Shown here one piece after another: positions 9,404 to 16,894 of a stretch of 27,262 nt of DNA; the first letter of the stretch is position 1; the number at the start of each line of letters is the position of its first letter. Where the stretch lies: the NCBI GenBank assembly GCA_038525885.1, contig JBCBHI010000001.1, forward strand, positions 1 through 27,262. Reading direction: 5' to 3'. Made by a program: the position numbers and the translations under genes. Under the pieces are notes generated by a model. The model was not told the origin of the DNA, did no database searches, and was given only the letters and a program-made list of their open reading frames with translations. The stretch is from Bacteroidota bacterium. GTDB lineage: Bacteria > Bacteroidota > Bacteroidia > Cytophagales > Cyclobacteriaceae.

Positions 9404-9910
9404 ATGGAGAACGAAGAATTTTTACCCGCAGACTCCCTCACCCCCAAAGAGGTTAACGCGCTTATCCAGTTTGACGCGACTGCGTCTGGTCAACCCACCG
9501 ATGCTTATTATGCTTTCTTGTTTGCTATGTACACCGGGCTAGCCCTTTCCGACCTAGGAAAACTGGATGCTGACCAGCACTTAGCCATGACAGAGAAAGG
9601 TCTTATCCTTCAGTTTGGCACCCGCACGGTTATGCTAGATGAAGTAGCTGACGGTGCTGCCGGAACGATTTGCGACTTGTACAACGGTGTATACGGCCAG
9701 CCTTTTTTCGGCCCTATCCCTCCTCGTATTTTCCCCGTTAAGCTCAAGGCTTTGTTCAAAGAAATTGGCGTCTCACGCAAGCTCAATCTTGACGACGGGT
9801 TTGCAATGCGTACTGGGTTAAATTATTACCAGGATCTTGGACTTAGCGCAGAGGAAATTCATTCCTGGACAGGCTCACACCTACCTACCCCAGTACAAGA
9901 GGCTGTGTAA
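9404..9910 (+). CDS. Tyrosine recombinase-like catalytic-domain protein, apparently inactive
   Basis: SLTPKEVNAL...AFLFAMYTGLALSDLGKL resembles the integrase box I (xLTxEE...FLFxxxTGLRxSD) with R replaced by A; box II-like C-terminus KEIGVSRKL...AMRT...LGLSAEEIHSWTGS; start placed at ATG 9404 because the promoter lies upstream of it. Confidence 0.6.
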   Translation: MENEEFLPADSLTPKEVNALIQFDATASGQPTDAYYAFLFAMYTGLALSDLGKLDADQHLAMTEKGLILQFGTRTVMLDEVADGAAGTICDLYNGVYGQPFFGPIPPRIFPVKLKALFKEIGVSRKLNLDDGFAMRTGLNYYQDLGLSAEEIHSWTGSHLPTPVQEAV

Positions 9911-9994
9911 AAGCCCAAACGAACATCGGCTTCAACCGCTAGAATATTCCTTCCTCTAGGGCGTTTTCAAAAATAAGCCCTATTTTTTGCCGTG

Positions 9995-10396
9995 ATGCGA
10001 CTGTTTTTCTTGTTTTTGCTAGGATCATACTTTGGAGGTATCGGCATAGGGTATGCCCAAACGCGTGGTGAGTTCGAAGAAACCACTACCACGGAACGCC
10101 GAGCCCGGCCAGACAAAAACCCTTTTCGTGAGCGTACCATTTGGCCCATCTACAGGACTAAAACCAAGAACACCCTCTCAGGGAATCGCTGCTTTGAGGA
10201 GGCTACCCGAAAGATGGGTTTCGAATACGTGATCATGCCAGAAGGCGAGAGCTTCTCCCTTTCCCCAGTAGATAGATTTCTGAGCAATTCGTTGGTTCGT
10301 TTTGCACTCTGTTTCCGGGCGGGCCCCTGGTGGCCCATTACCGTGGCTATCAAACGGAAACAATGCCGCAAGCGCATGGGGGATTACGTGGGATAG
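9995..10396 (+). CDS. Hypothetical exported protein
   Basis: Signal-peptide-like N-terminus (MRLFFLFLLG...GYAQ); basic mature region with Cys residues. Confidence 0.6.
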   Translation: MRLFFLFLLGSYFGGIGIGYAQTRGEFEETTTTERRARPDKNPFRERTIWPIYRTKTKNTLSGNRCFEEATRKMGFEYVIMPEGESFSLSPVDRFLSNSLVRFALCFRAGPWWPITVAIKRKQCRKRMGDYVG

Positions 10397-10402
10397 GACT
10401 GA

Positions 10403-10469
10403 AGTTATTAATTATTAGTTATTTAAAAACTTCTTTAACTATTAACTGTACACTGTTAACTATTAACTC
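10403..10469. repeat. Inverted heptamer tandem arrays between convergent genes
   Basis: AGTTATT AATTATT AGTTATT (10403-10423) and TTAACTA TTAACTG TACACTG TTAACTA TTAACTC (10435-10469). Confidence 0.75.
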
Positions 10470-11857
10470 TAATACCCTAAGATTTTCATCATGGCTTCGC
10501 TGTTCTGCTCAGGAGCAAACAAACGGTGGGAAAGTTTGCCTTCTTCGTCGCGGTCAAGAATTACGTGTTTGGGTGCAGGGATGAGGCAGTGCTGAATGCC
10601 GCCATAGCCGCCTAGGCTTTCCTGATACGCTCCGGTATTGAAAAACCCGATGTACAACTGCTTTCCTTCTTCTATGCGCGGCATGAATACCTCAAAGTCG
10701 TGGTGCTCACTATTGTAGTAATCCATGCTGTCACAAGTAAGCCCTCCGAGACTTACCTTTTCCATACGGGCATCCCATTGATTGATAGCCAACATCAGGT
10801 ACTTATGCTTCAAGCCCCAAACATCGGGCAAGTGCGTGATCAAAGAGCCATCGATCATGTACCATAGCTCTTTGTCGTTTTGCATTTTCTGGTCTAGCAC
10901 GGAGTACAATACAGCTCCACTTTCGCCCACCGTGTAGCTGCCAAACTCGGTGAAAATGTGGGGTACCGCCACCCCGGCCTTCTCGCACATATCCTTGATG
11001 TTGCCCACTACTTGGTCTACCATGTACTGGTAGTCGTATTCAAAGAAGAGGGAATTTTTGATCGGAAAGCCTCCGCCAATATCGATGGTGTCAAGCTCAG
11101 GGCATACCTTTTTGAGGGCGCAGTAGAGGTCAATAAACTTGGCAAACTCATGCCAGTAGTAGGCCGTATCCTGAATTCCGGTATTGATAAAGAAGTGCAG
11201 CAATTTCAAGGTGGCCTTGGGGTGCCCCTTGAGGGTGTTCTCGTAATACGAAATAATTTCGCGATAGCGAATGCCCAAGCGTGAGGTATAGAAGCCAAAA
11301 TTGGGTTCTTCATCCGCCGCTACCCGGATACCTACCTGAAACTTTCCTTCCACCTGGTTTTCATATTCCTTCAGCTCATTCAGGTTGTCCAGCACAGGTA
11401 TCACGTTGGTGAATCCCTCATTGAGCAACTCACTTAGGTACTGAGTGTAGAGTGGCCGTTTGAACCCATTGGCTACAATGAATGCATCCTTGGGCAATTT
11501 ACCCTGTGCGGCCAGGGCACGGATAATGGGAACATCATAGCTAGAGGAGGTTTCTATATGGATATCGTTTTTCAAGGCCTCCTCCATCACAAAACTAAAG
11601 TGGGAGCTCTTGGTACAGTAGCAGTACACATACTCACCAGCATAGTCATGTTTCTGGATAGCCGAAGCGAAGTATCGCTTGGCACGCTGGATGTTTTCTG
11701 ATATTTTCGGAAGATACGTGAGCTTAAGAGGAGTACCGTATTCCTCTATGATCTCCATAAGGTCTACCTGATGAAAGAAGAGGCGGTTTTCTTCCGTATG
11801 AAACTCTTCGGTAGGGTAGTAAAAAGTTTGATCAATGAGATCGAAATAACTTTTCAT
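10469..11857 (-). CDS. speA: Arginine decarboxylase (short Bacteroidota type, PLP fold III)
   Basis: YCYCTKSSHF (PLP lysine), IDIGGGFP, FTEFGSYTVGESG, GGLTCDSMDYY, TGAYQESLGGYGGIQHCLIP. Confidence 0.9.
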   Translation of the reverse strand: MKSYFDLIDQTFYYPTEEFHTEENRLFFHQVDLMEIIEEYGTPLKLTYLPKISENIQRAKRYFASAIQKHDYAGEYVYCYCTKSSHFSFVMEEALKNDIHIETSSSYDVPIIRALAAQGKLPKDAFIVANGFKRPLYTQYLSELLNEGFTNVIPVLDNLNELKEYENQVEGKFQVGIRVAADEEPNFGFYTSRLGIRYREIISYYENTLKGHPKATLKLLHFFINTGIQDTAYYWHEFAKFIDLYCALKKVCPELDTIDIGGGFPIKNSLFFEYDYQYMVDQVVGNIKDMCEKAGVAVPHIFTEFGSYTVGESGAVLYSVLDQKMQNDKELWYMIDGSLITHLPDVWGLKHKYLMLAINQWDARMEKVSLGGLTCDSMDYYNSEHHDFEVFMPRIEEGKQLYIGFFNTGAYQESLGGYGGIQHCLIPAPKHVILDRDEEGKLSHRLFAPEQNSEAMMKILGY

Positions 11858-11922
11858 TGGCGCACCAAATCATCAATATTTGTAGCGCAATTATCAGAAA
11901 ATAAATCGGGAACCGAATATTT

Positions 11923-12870
11923 ATGAAGCGGATTAAGTTCGTGGAAGTACGGTCCGAACTCGCCGCCGGTACACGGGGGGCTAGTTTGGGAGTAGATGCG
12001 ATGAAAGTGGCTAGTTTGGACAAAGCTTCACAGTTTTTTACCGAATACGAGGCCGTACGCGTGGCGGATGCCAACGAGAAACTGTTTGAGAAAAACCTAT
12101 ATCCTTGGGCAAAACACATTGACGGAGTATACACGGTAGTAGACCGCACCCAGCGTGCAGTAGCAGAAGCCCGGGCCACGGGCCTGCCGGTAGTAGTACT
12201 AGCCGGAGACCATAGCACCGCCGGGGGTACCATATTGGGTTTGAAAGCGGCCCACCCAGACCAACGTATGGGTATCATCTGGATTGACGCACACGCTGAC
12301 CTGCATACGCCTTATACCACCCCCTCTGGCAATATGCACGGCATGCCTTTGGCCATGGTGCTCACGGAGGACAATTTGGACAACAAACGGAATGAACCTA
12401 AGACTGAAACTCTGGCTTATTGGGAGAAAATAAAGGGTTTGGTGCATGAAGGGCCGAAGATCAACGGCAGCGACATTGTGTTTGTAAGTGTGCGTGACCA
12501 AGAGCCTGAAGAGCAGGCCCTGATGGACAAATACGGCATGCGTAACATAACCCGGGATGAGGTGCAGCGTATGGGGGTGGCCCAGGTAGCAAAGGAGGCG
12601 CTTAACCGACTTGCCGATTGTGACATCATCTATGTATCCTTTGATGTGGACAGCATGGACACTACCGTTTCGGTAGGTACCGGAACTCCTGTGCCTGACG
12701 GCATTTCGGATGCTGAAGCCAAGGAGCTCAATAAGCTACTTGTGCAGGACCCGAAGGTAATCTGCTGGGAAGTAGTGGAGGTAAATCCTACGCTAGACAC
12801 TAAGAACAAAATGGGCGAGGTAGCTTTCGACATTCTGGATGCTACCGTGCATGCTATGGAAGCACGCTAG
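11923..12870 (+). CDS. rocF: Arginase
   Basis: Ureohydrolase metal motifs GDHS, WIDAHADL, SFDVDSMD; TPSGNMHGMP is typical of arginase rather than agmatinase. Confidence 0.88.
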   Translation: MKRIKFVEVRSELAAGTRGASLGVDAMKVASLDKASQFFTEYEAVRVADANEKLFEKNLYPWAKHIDGVYTVVDRTQRAVAEARATGLPVVVLAGDHSTAGGTILGLKAAHPDQRMGIIWIDAHADLHTPYTTPSGNMHGMPLAMVLTEDNLDNKRNEPKTETLAYWEKIKGLVHEGPKINGSDIVFVSVRDQEPEEQALMDKYGMRNITRDEVQRMGVAQVAKEALNRLADCDIIYVSFDVDSMDTTVSVGTGTPVPDGISDAEAKELNKLLVQDPKVICWEVVEVNPTLDTKNKMGEVAFDILDATVHAMEAR

Positions 12871-13010
12871 GGGGCTCCACCCAAAAACTACATTCCATAG
12901 AGTCTATAAGGCAAATCCACACTTCATAACGAATGGGATTTCCTAGTGTCTCACTAAATTAGACTTCAATCCATGAAGGGGAGTTATTCCCCCATCATCG
13001 AAATAAACTT

Positions 13011-14069
13011 ATGATCAACGTATCCCTACTGCGCGATATCTGCGTGACTCCCGGTGCACCGGGTTTTGAGAAGCCCATCCGAGACCGGGTATTGGCCGAG
13101 GTGAAGGACCTGGCCGATGAGGTATCTATTGATAACCTGGGCAATGTGTTTGCCATACGCCGAGCCAAAGCGGGCGCTGAACCTGCCAAAAAGCTGATGG
13201 TGGCGGCCCACATGGATGAGATTGGGTTCATAGTGAAGCATATTGATGACCAGGGGTTTGTGCGGTTTCACACCTTGGGAGGCTTCGATCCTAAAACGCT
13301 GACCGCTCAACGGGTGATCATCCACGGGAAAGAAGATGTAATCGGGGTAATGGGCACCAAACCCATCCACGTAATGTCGCCCGAGGAGCGCACTAAAATG
13401 CCCAAGACCACCGATTTCTACATTGACATGGGTATGGGGAAGGAAGAAGTGGAGAAGATAGTAAGCGTAGGTGACCCCATTACGCGTGAGCGTGATCTGA
13501 TTGAGATGGGCGAATGCGTGAACAGCAAGTCGATTGACAACCGGGTTTCAGTATTCATCCTGATAGAAGCCCTGCGGGCCTTGAAGGATGTAGAGCTAGA
13601 CGTGGATTTCTACGGAGTATTTACCGTGCAGGAAGAGGTAGGTATTCGTGGGGCTAACGTAGCGGCCCATACGGTAAATCCTGACTTTGCCATCGCCCTG
13701 GACACCACGATAGCCTATGACCTGCCGGGTGCAGCGGCCCACGAGAAAGTAACTGAGCTTGGCAAAGGCGCGGCCATCAAAGTACTAGACGGTATGACTA
13801 TCTGCGACTACCGCATGGTAGCCTACATGAAGCAGGTAGCCGACAATAAGGAAATACCCTGGCAGTCAGAGATTCTGCCTGCAGGCGGCACGGATACGGC
13901 CGGCCTACAGCGGATGGGGAAAAATGGCGCGATCGCAGGAGCTATTTCTATCCCTACCCGTCACCTGCACCAGGTCATCGAGATGGCTCACAAGCAGGAC
14001 ATCCAGTATTGCATCGATCTGCTTGTAGCGTGCTCCGAAGGACTTAGCGGCTACGATTGGAGTCACTAA
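13011..14069 (+). CDS. M42 family metallopeptidase
   Basis: AAHMDEIG, KSIDNR, FTVQEEVGIRGA, IALDTT, AGGTDTAG, SIPTRHLH. Confidence 0.93.
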   Translation: MINVSLLRDICVTPGAPGFEKPIRDRVLAEVKDLADEVSIDNLGNVFAIRRAKAGAEPAKKLMVAAHMDEIGFIVKHIDDQGFVRFHTLGGFDPKTLTAQRVIIHGKEDVIGVMGTKPIHVMSPEERTKMPKTTDFYIDMGMGKEEVEKIVSVGDPITRERDLIEMGECVNSKSIDNRVSVFILIEALRALKDVELDVDFYGVFTVQEEVGIRGANVAAHTVNPDFAIALDTTIAYDLPGAAAHEKVTELGKGAAIKVLDGMTICDYRMVAYMKQVADNKEIPWQSEILPAGGTDTAGLQRMGKNGAIAGAISIPTRHLHQVIEMAHKQDIQYCIDLLVACSEGLSGYDWSH

Positions 14070-14092
14070 GCTTGCTCAAGGAAGAGATTATC

Positions 14093-14127
14093 AGAAAGGC
14101 TGCTTGTTTCAAGCGGCCTTTTCTTTT
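14093..14127 (+). terminator. Intrinsic terminator
   Basis: AGAAAGGCTGCTTG-TTT-CAAGCGGCCTTTT followed by CTTTT. Confidence 0.75.
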
Positions 14128-14338
14128 GTCTTAACACAAGGGATACCTGCCCACTCAAAAGGATCAAGCCGTAAAGCTGGGGCTATAAATTTTCAAGGTT
14201 TACCCTTTTTGTCGTTCGGGATTTCGATGTTTAAGCACAGACAGGTTCCTAGGCGTCCCCCGCTTAAACACCGACAACGGCGAGTCTAGTGTCTTTGGCA
14301 CCCTTTTTATTGGGTGGCCAGCAATGGAAATAGTGCCC

Positions 14339-14695
14339 CTAGCCAAATAGGTACATCCATATCATCCGGGACATGCGGAAATTAAACACCCAAAATAATA
14401 CCACGGGTATACACACCACGGCCATGATTCCTTCTATGCTGAGCGGAAAAAAGAGGGTAATCAGAAAAGCCGCAATCATTTCGAGCAAAGCCAGTCCATA
14501 ACTAACGTACATGGCTCCGGTAAAAAAGCCTGGCTCGGTCTCAAACCGATGATGGCAGACAGGACATTCCTCGTGCATTACCGGGATTTTGAACTGCGAA
14601 ACGCTTCCTTTCGTCTTGAAAACCTGTCCTTGATGACACCGGGGACACCGCTCCTGCATCATGTTTTTCACGCGTCTTTGTGTTGTTATTTCCAT
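14339..14695 (-). CDS. DUF983-like protein (CPxC...CPxC zinc ribbon plus 2 TM helices)
   Basis: CPRCHQG...CPVCHHRFETEPGFFTGAMYVSYGL. Confidence 0.8.
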   Translation of the reverse strand: MEITTQRRVKNMMQERCPRCHQGQVFKTKGSVSQFKIPVMHEECPVCHHRFETEPGFFTGAMYVSYGLALLEMIAAFLITLFFPLSIEGIMAVVCIPVVLFWVFNFRMSRMIWMYLFG

Positions 14696-14736
14696 AGCAC
14701 TACAAAGTTGGTGGTTCGGTTAAGGAATACCCACGC

Positions 14737-14770
14737 TCCAAGTTTCAAAAACTTGGACAAAAAGGACATC
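14737..14770. promoter_or_regulatory. Candidate operator in the DUF983/AraC divergent region
   Basis: Perfect inverted repeat TCCAAGTTT-CAA-AAACTTGGA (14737-14757) overlapping the tandem GGACA-AAAA-GGACA. Confidence 0.5.
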
Positions 14771-14782
14771 TTGCACATACTC

Positions 14783-15658
14783 ATGAAATGGGACATCCTA
14801 CATCTAGAACAGTTTGAGACGTCGCTGCATCAAGACGGACTTTATGTCAATGTGCTAAAGGATCATCTGGAGGCTCACAAGGAGGCCATTGCCCCGCCTC
14901 ACAAACATAGTTTCTTCCTGGTGGTGGTGTTTACTCATGGCGAAGGGGTACATGAAATTGATTTTGAGCGCTACCCGGTATCTGCCGGAAGTGTGTTTTT
15001 TCTCACCCCTGGGCAAACACATCACTGGGAACTGAGCGATGATGCAGATGGAGTGATCTTTTTTCACTCCCAGGAGTACTTCGATGTGTCCTTTACTCAG
15101 CAGTCCGTATTTCAATTTCCCTTCTATTACTCGCAGCAGAATCCACCGCTGTTGCAGCTGACCGAGCTGCAACAACAACAGGCCCTGTCACATTTTGAAG
15201 GCCTCCTGGCAGAGCACCAGAATGATGGTGCCTGGATGAAAAGGCAGCGTATATCTGCTCAGCTTAGCCAACTCTACATCGACCTGAGCCGATGGTACCT
15301 AGCGGAAGAAAGACCAAAAACACAAGCCTACGCCACCTATTCGGAGCACTTGCGTGCTTTGGAAGTACTGATAGAGAACCAGTACACTCAGCAGAAATCA
15401 CCCACTGAATATGCAGAACAGCTGCACATGACGGTGAGGCATCTCAACCGCATAGTACAGGAGGCGTTAGGCAAAACCACCACGCAGCTTATTACTGAAC
15501 GGGTCATCCTAGAGGCCAAACGGATGCTAGTACAAACCGCCACCCCCACTACGGAGATTGCCGAAACCCTGGGGTATGTGGACTATCCATATTTTTCCCG
15601 ACTTTTCAAGAAGTGGGTGGGGATGTCACCGGCAGCTTTTGCGAAGCAGTATAGGTAA
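14783..15658 (+). CDS. AraC family transcriptional regulator
   Basis: Start likely ATG 14783 (MKWDILHLEQF); cupin-like PHKHSFF...HEIDF; C-terminal EAKRML...EIAETLGYVDYPYFSRLFKKWVGMSPAAF; the ORF-track start overlaps DUF983. Confidence 0.9.
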   Translation: MKWDILHLEQFETSLHQDGLYVNVLKDHLEAHKEAIAPPHKHSFFLVVVFTHGEGVHEIDFERYPVSAGSVFFLTPGQTHHWELSDDADGVIFFHSQEYFDVSFTQQSVFQFPFYYSQQNPPLLQLTELQQQQALSHFEGLLAEHQNDGAWMKRQRISAQLSQLYIDLSRWYLAEERPKTQAYATYSEHLRALEVLIENQYTQQKSPTEYAEQLHMTVRHLNRIVQEALGKTTTQLITERVILEAKRMLVQTATPTTEIAETLGYVDYPYFSRLFKKWVGMSPAAFAKQYR

Positions 15659-15742
15659 TCGGCTTTTAACACGAGTATTCAAAGAAGGCTTAGAGAGCGC
15701 TGGGTTACACTTGGTGCTGGAGAAAACTCTTCATCTACCATG

Positions 15743-15792
15743 ACGGAACTAAGTTCCGTAATTGTGCCCGTGCAGGAAGTAACTTCCAGCAC
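15743..15792. repeat. Cluster of short REP-like palindromes
   Basis: ACGGAACT-A-AGTTCCGT (15743-15759) and GTGC-A-GGAAGT-A-ACTTCC-A-GCAC (15770-15792). Confidence 0.6.
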
Positions 15793-15805
15793 AGGGGAGG
15801 AAATG

Positions 15806-15834
15806 AAAAAGAGAAGCCCGAAAGCTTCCCTTAT
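15806..15834 (-). terminator. Intrinsic terminator downstream of higA
   Basis: Minus strand GGGAAGCT-TTCG-GGCTTCTC-TTTTT. Confidence 0.8.
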
Positions 15835-15896
15835 GCCAAAATCGATGATTCTGCAACTTGATAGTGGTGACACGACTTAAAGTCTTACTACCACTG
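15806..15896. repeat. 91-bp direct repeat, copy 1 (terminator plus decayed REP-like hairpin)
   Basis: 78/91 identical, ungapped, to 16799-16889; first 29 bp identical. Confidence 0.92.
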
Positions 15897-16006
15897 GTTT
15901 GCCTTCTGTTTGATAGGGCATACTGACCAGAAAGCTACCTTGAGATCAGTTTAATTGAAAAGGGTAGGATAGTTCTACAGTTCTTACTATTAAAATGTAC
16001 AGGTGA

Positions 16007-16405
16007 TCAATCTTCTACCTTCACAGAATCACTAACTAATGGATAGGGTTGATTGAGCACTTCCTGGGAAACCTTGAAATAATTGGCAAGTTTTCGAATG
16101 CTGTTCTTCGACAGGCCCGTTTGCCTACTCAGGATTTTCGAGACCGTCCCTTTGCTTAGTTCTAGGATATCTACTAAGTCTATCGCCTTTAGCCCATGGT
16201 CCTTCATTAATGCTTGAATCAAATCAATGGGATCCATCGCCTCAGGTTCGGGCATTTCCTTTTCATAACTGTGAATTAGCAGTTCAAGCAGTTCTATTTC
16301 ATCTCTATGGTTCTTATTTCCTGATTGGGATAGTTTCTCAAAAGCATCACAATACCTGAAGTACTGTTTATCGTCCTTGATCACGGTATATTTTAGGGCT
16401 GCCAT
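16007..16405 (-). CDS. higA: HigA-type antitoxin (HTH_XRE)
   Basis: EIELLELLIHSYEKE...DPIDLIQALMKDHGLKAIDLVDILELSKGTVSKILS...LSKNSIRKLANYFKVS; 2 nt after the toxin stop. Confidence 0.88.
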   Translation of the reverse strand: MAALKYTVIKDDKQYFRYCDAFEKLSQSGNKNHRDEIELLELLIHSYEKEMPEPEAMDPIDLIQALMKDHGLKAIDLVDILELSKGTVSKILSRQTGLSKNSIRKLANYFKVSQEVLNQPYPLVSDSVKVED

Positions 16406-16407
16406 AG

Positions 16408-16749
16408 TTATTCGCCTTTAAATGCATCAACTGTATACTGATTGCCACTTTCGCATAGCTTATCATATTCAGCATGAGTCCCGATCCATTTTACATATAA
16501 GTGAACTCTGCGTCTGCCAAACCAATAGCCACAAATCAACCGATACTTATTCCCTCCTAGATTAAAAACCACTCGGTTACTGCCTTTACCTAAAATGTCG
16601 GCACTACCAAAAGTGGCTACAATATCTAATGGCTGTTCCCAATCAGCTATAGGAACTAGGTTTCGCCAAATATCAATACCCGCTTTACTAGAAGCATGCT
16701 GCTGTACGAATCGGAACAGGGTTAACTCCTTTATCACATGCACCTTCAT
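16408..16749 (-). CDS. higB: HigB-type toxin (RelE-superfamily mRNA interferase)
   Basis: Start ATG 16749 (MKVHVIK); W...DIVATFGSADIL...RVVFNLGGNKYRLI...YVKWIGTHAEYDK; toxin-first gene order. Confidence 0.9.
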   Translation of the reverse strand: MKVHVIKELTLFRFVQQHASSKAGIDIWRNLVPIADWEQPLDIVATFGSADILGKGSNRVVFNLGGNKYRLICGYWFGRRRVHLYVKWIGTHAEYDKLCESGNQYTVDAFKGE

Positions 16750-16760
16750 AAGGGGGAAGA

Positions 16761-16797
16761 AGCTCAAAAAGTTTCAAAAAATGAAACTTTTTGAGCT
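16761..16797. promoter_or_regulatory. Probable higBA operator
   Basis: Perfect 16-bp inverted repeat AGCTCAAAAAGTTTCA-AAAAA-TGAAACTTTTTGAGCT, 12 nt upstream of the higB start. Confidence 0.75.
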
Positions 16798-16798
16798 A

Positions 16799-16827
16799 AA
16801 AAAGAGAAGCCCGAAAGCTTCCCTTAT
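16799..16827 (-). terminator. Intrinsic terminator of acs
   Basis: Minus strand GGGAAGCT-TTCG-GGCTTCTC-TTTTTT. Confidence 0.82.
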
Positions 16828-16889
16828 TCTATGGCCGATGGTTATGCAGCTTGGTAGTGGTGACACGACTTGAAGTCGTGCTACCACTG
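16799..16889. repeat. 91-bp direct repeat, copy 2 (intact REP-like hairpin plus acs terminator)
   Basis: Begins 5 nt past the acs stop; TAGTGGTGACACGACTT-G-AAGTCGTGCTACCACTG imperfect palindrome, then the terminator hairpin. Confidence 0.92.
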
Positions 16890-16894
16890 ATGGG

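Noticed and set aside
14211-14278. SRP (4.5S) RNA
   Set aside because: Lacks the CAGG...GGAA...AGCAG domain IV motif.
15806-16889. Classical integron attC sites or a CRISPR mini-array
   Set aside because: No RYYYAAC/GTTRRRY cores and no IntI in the window. There are only two copies, 91 bp long, with a 902-bp gene-containing spacer and no cas genes.
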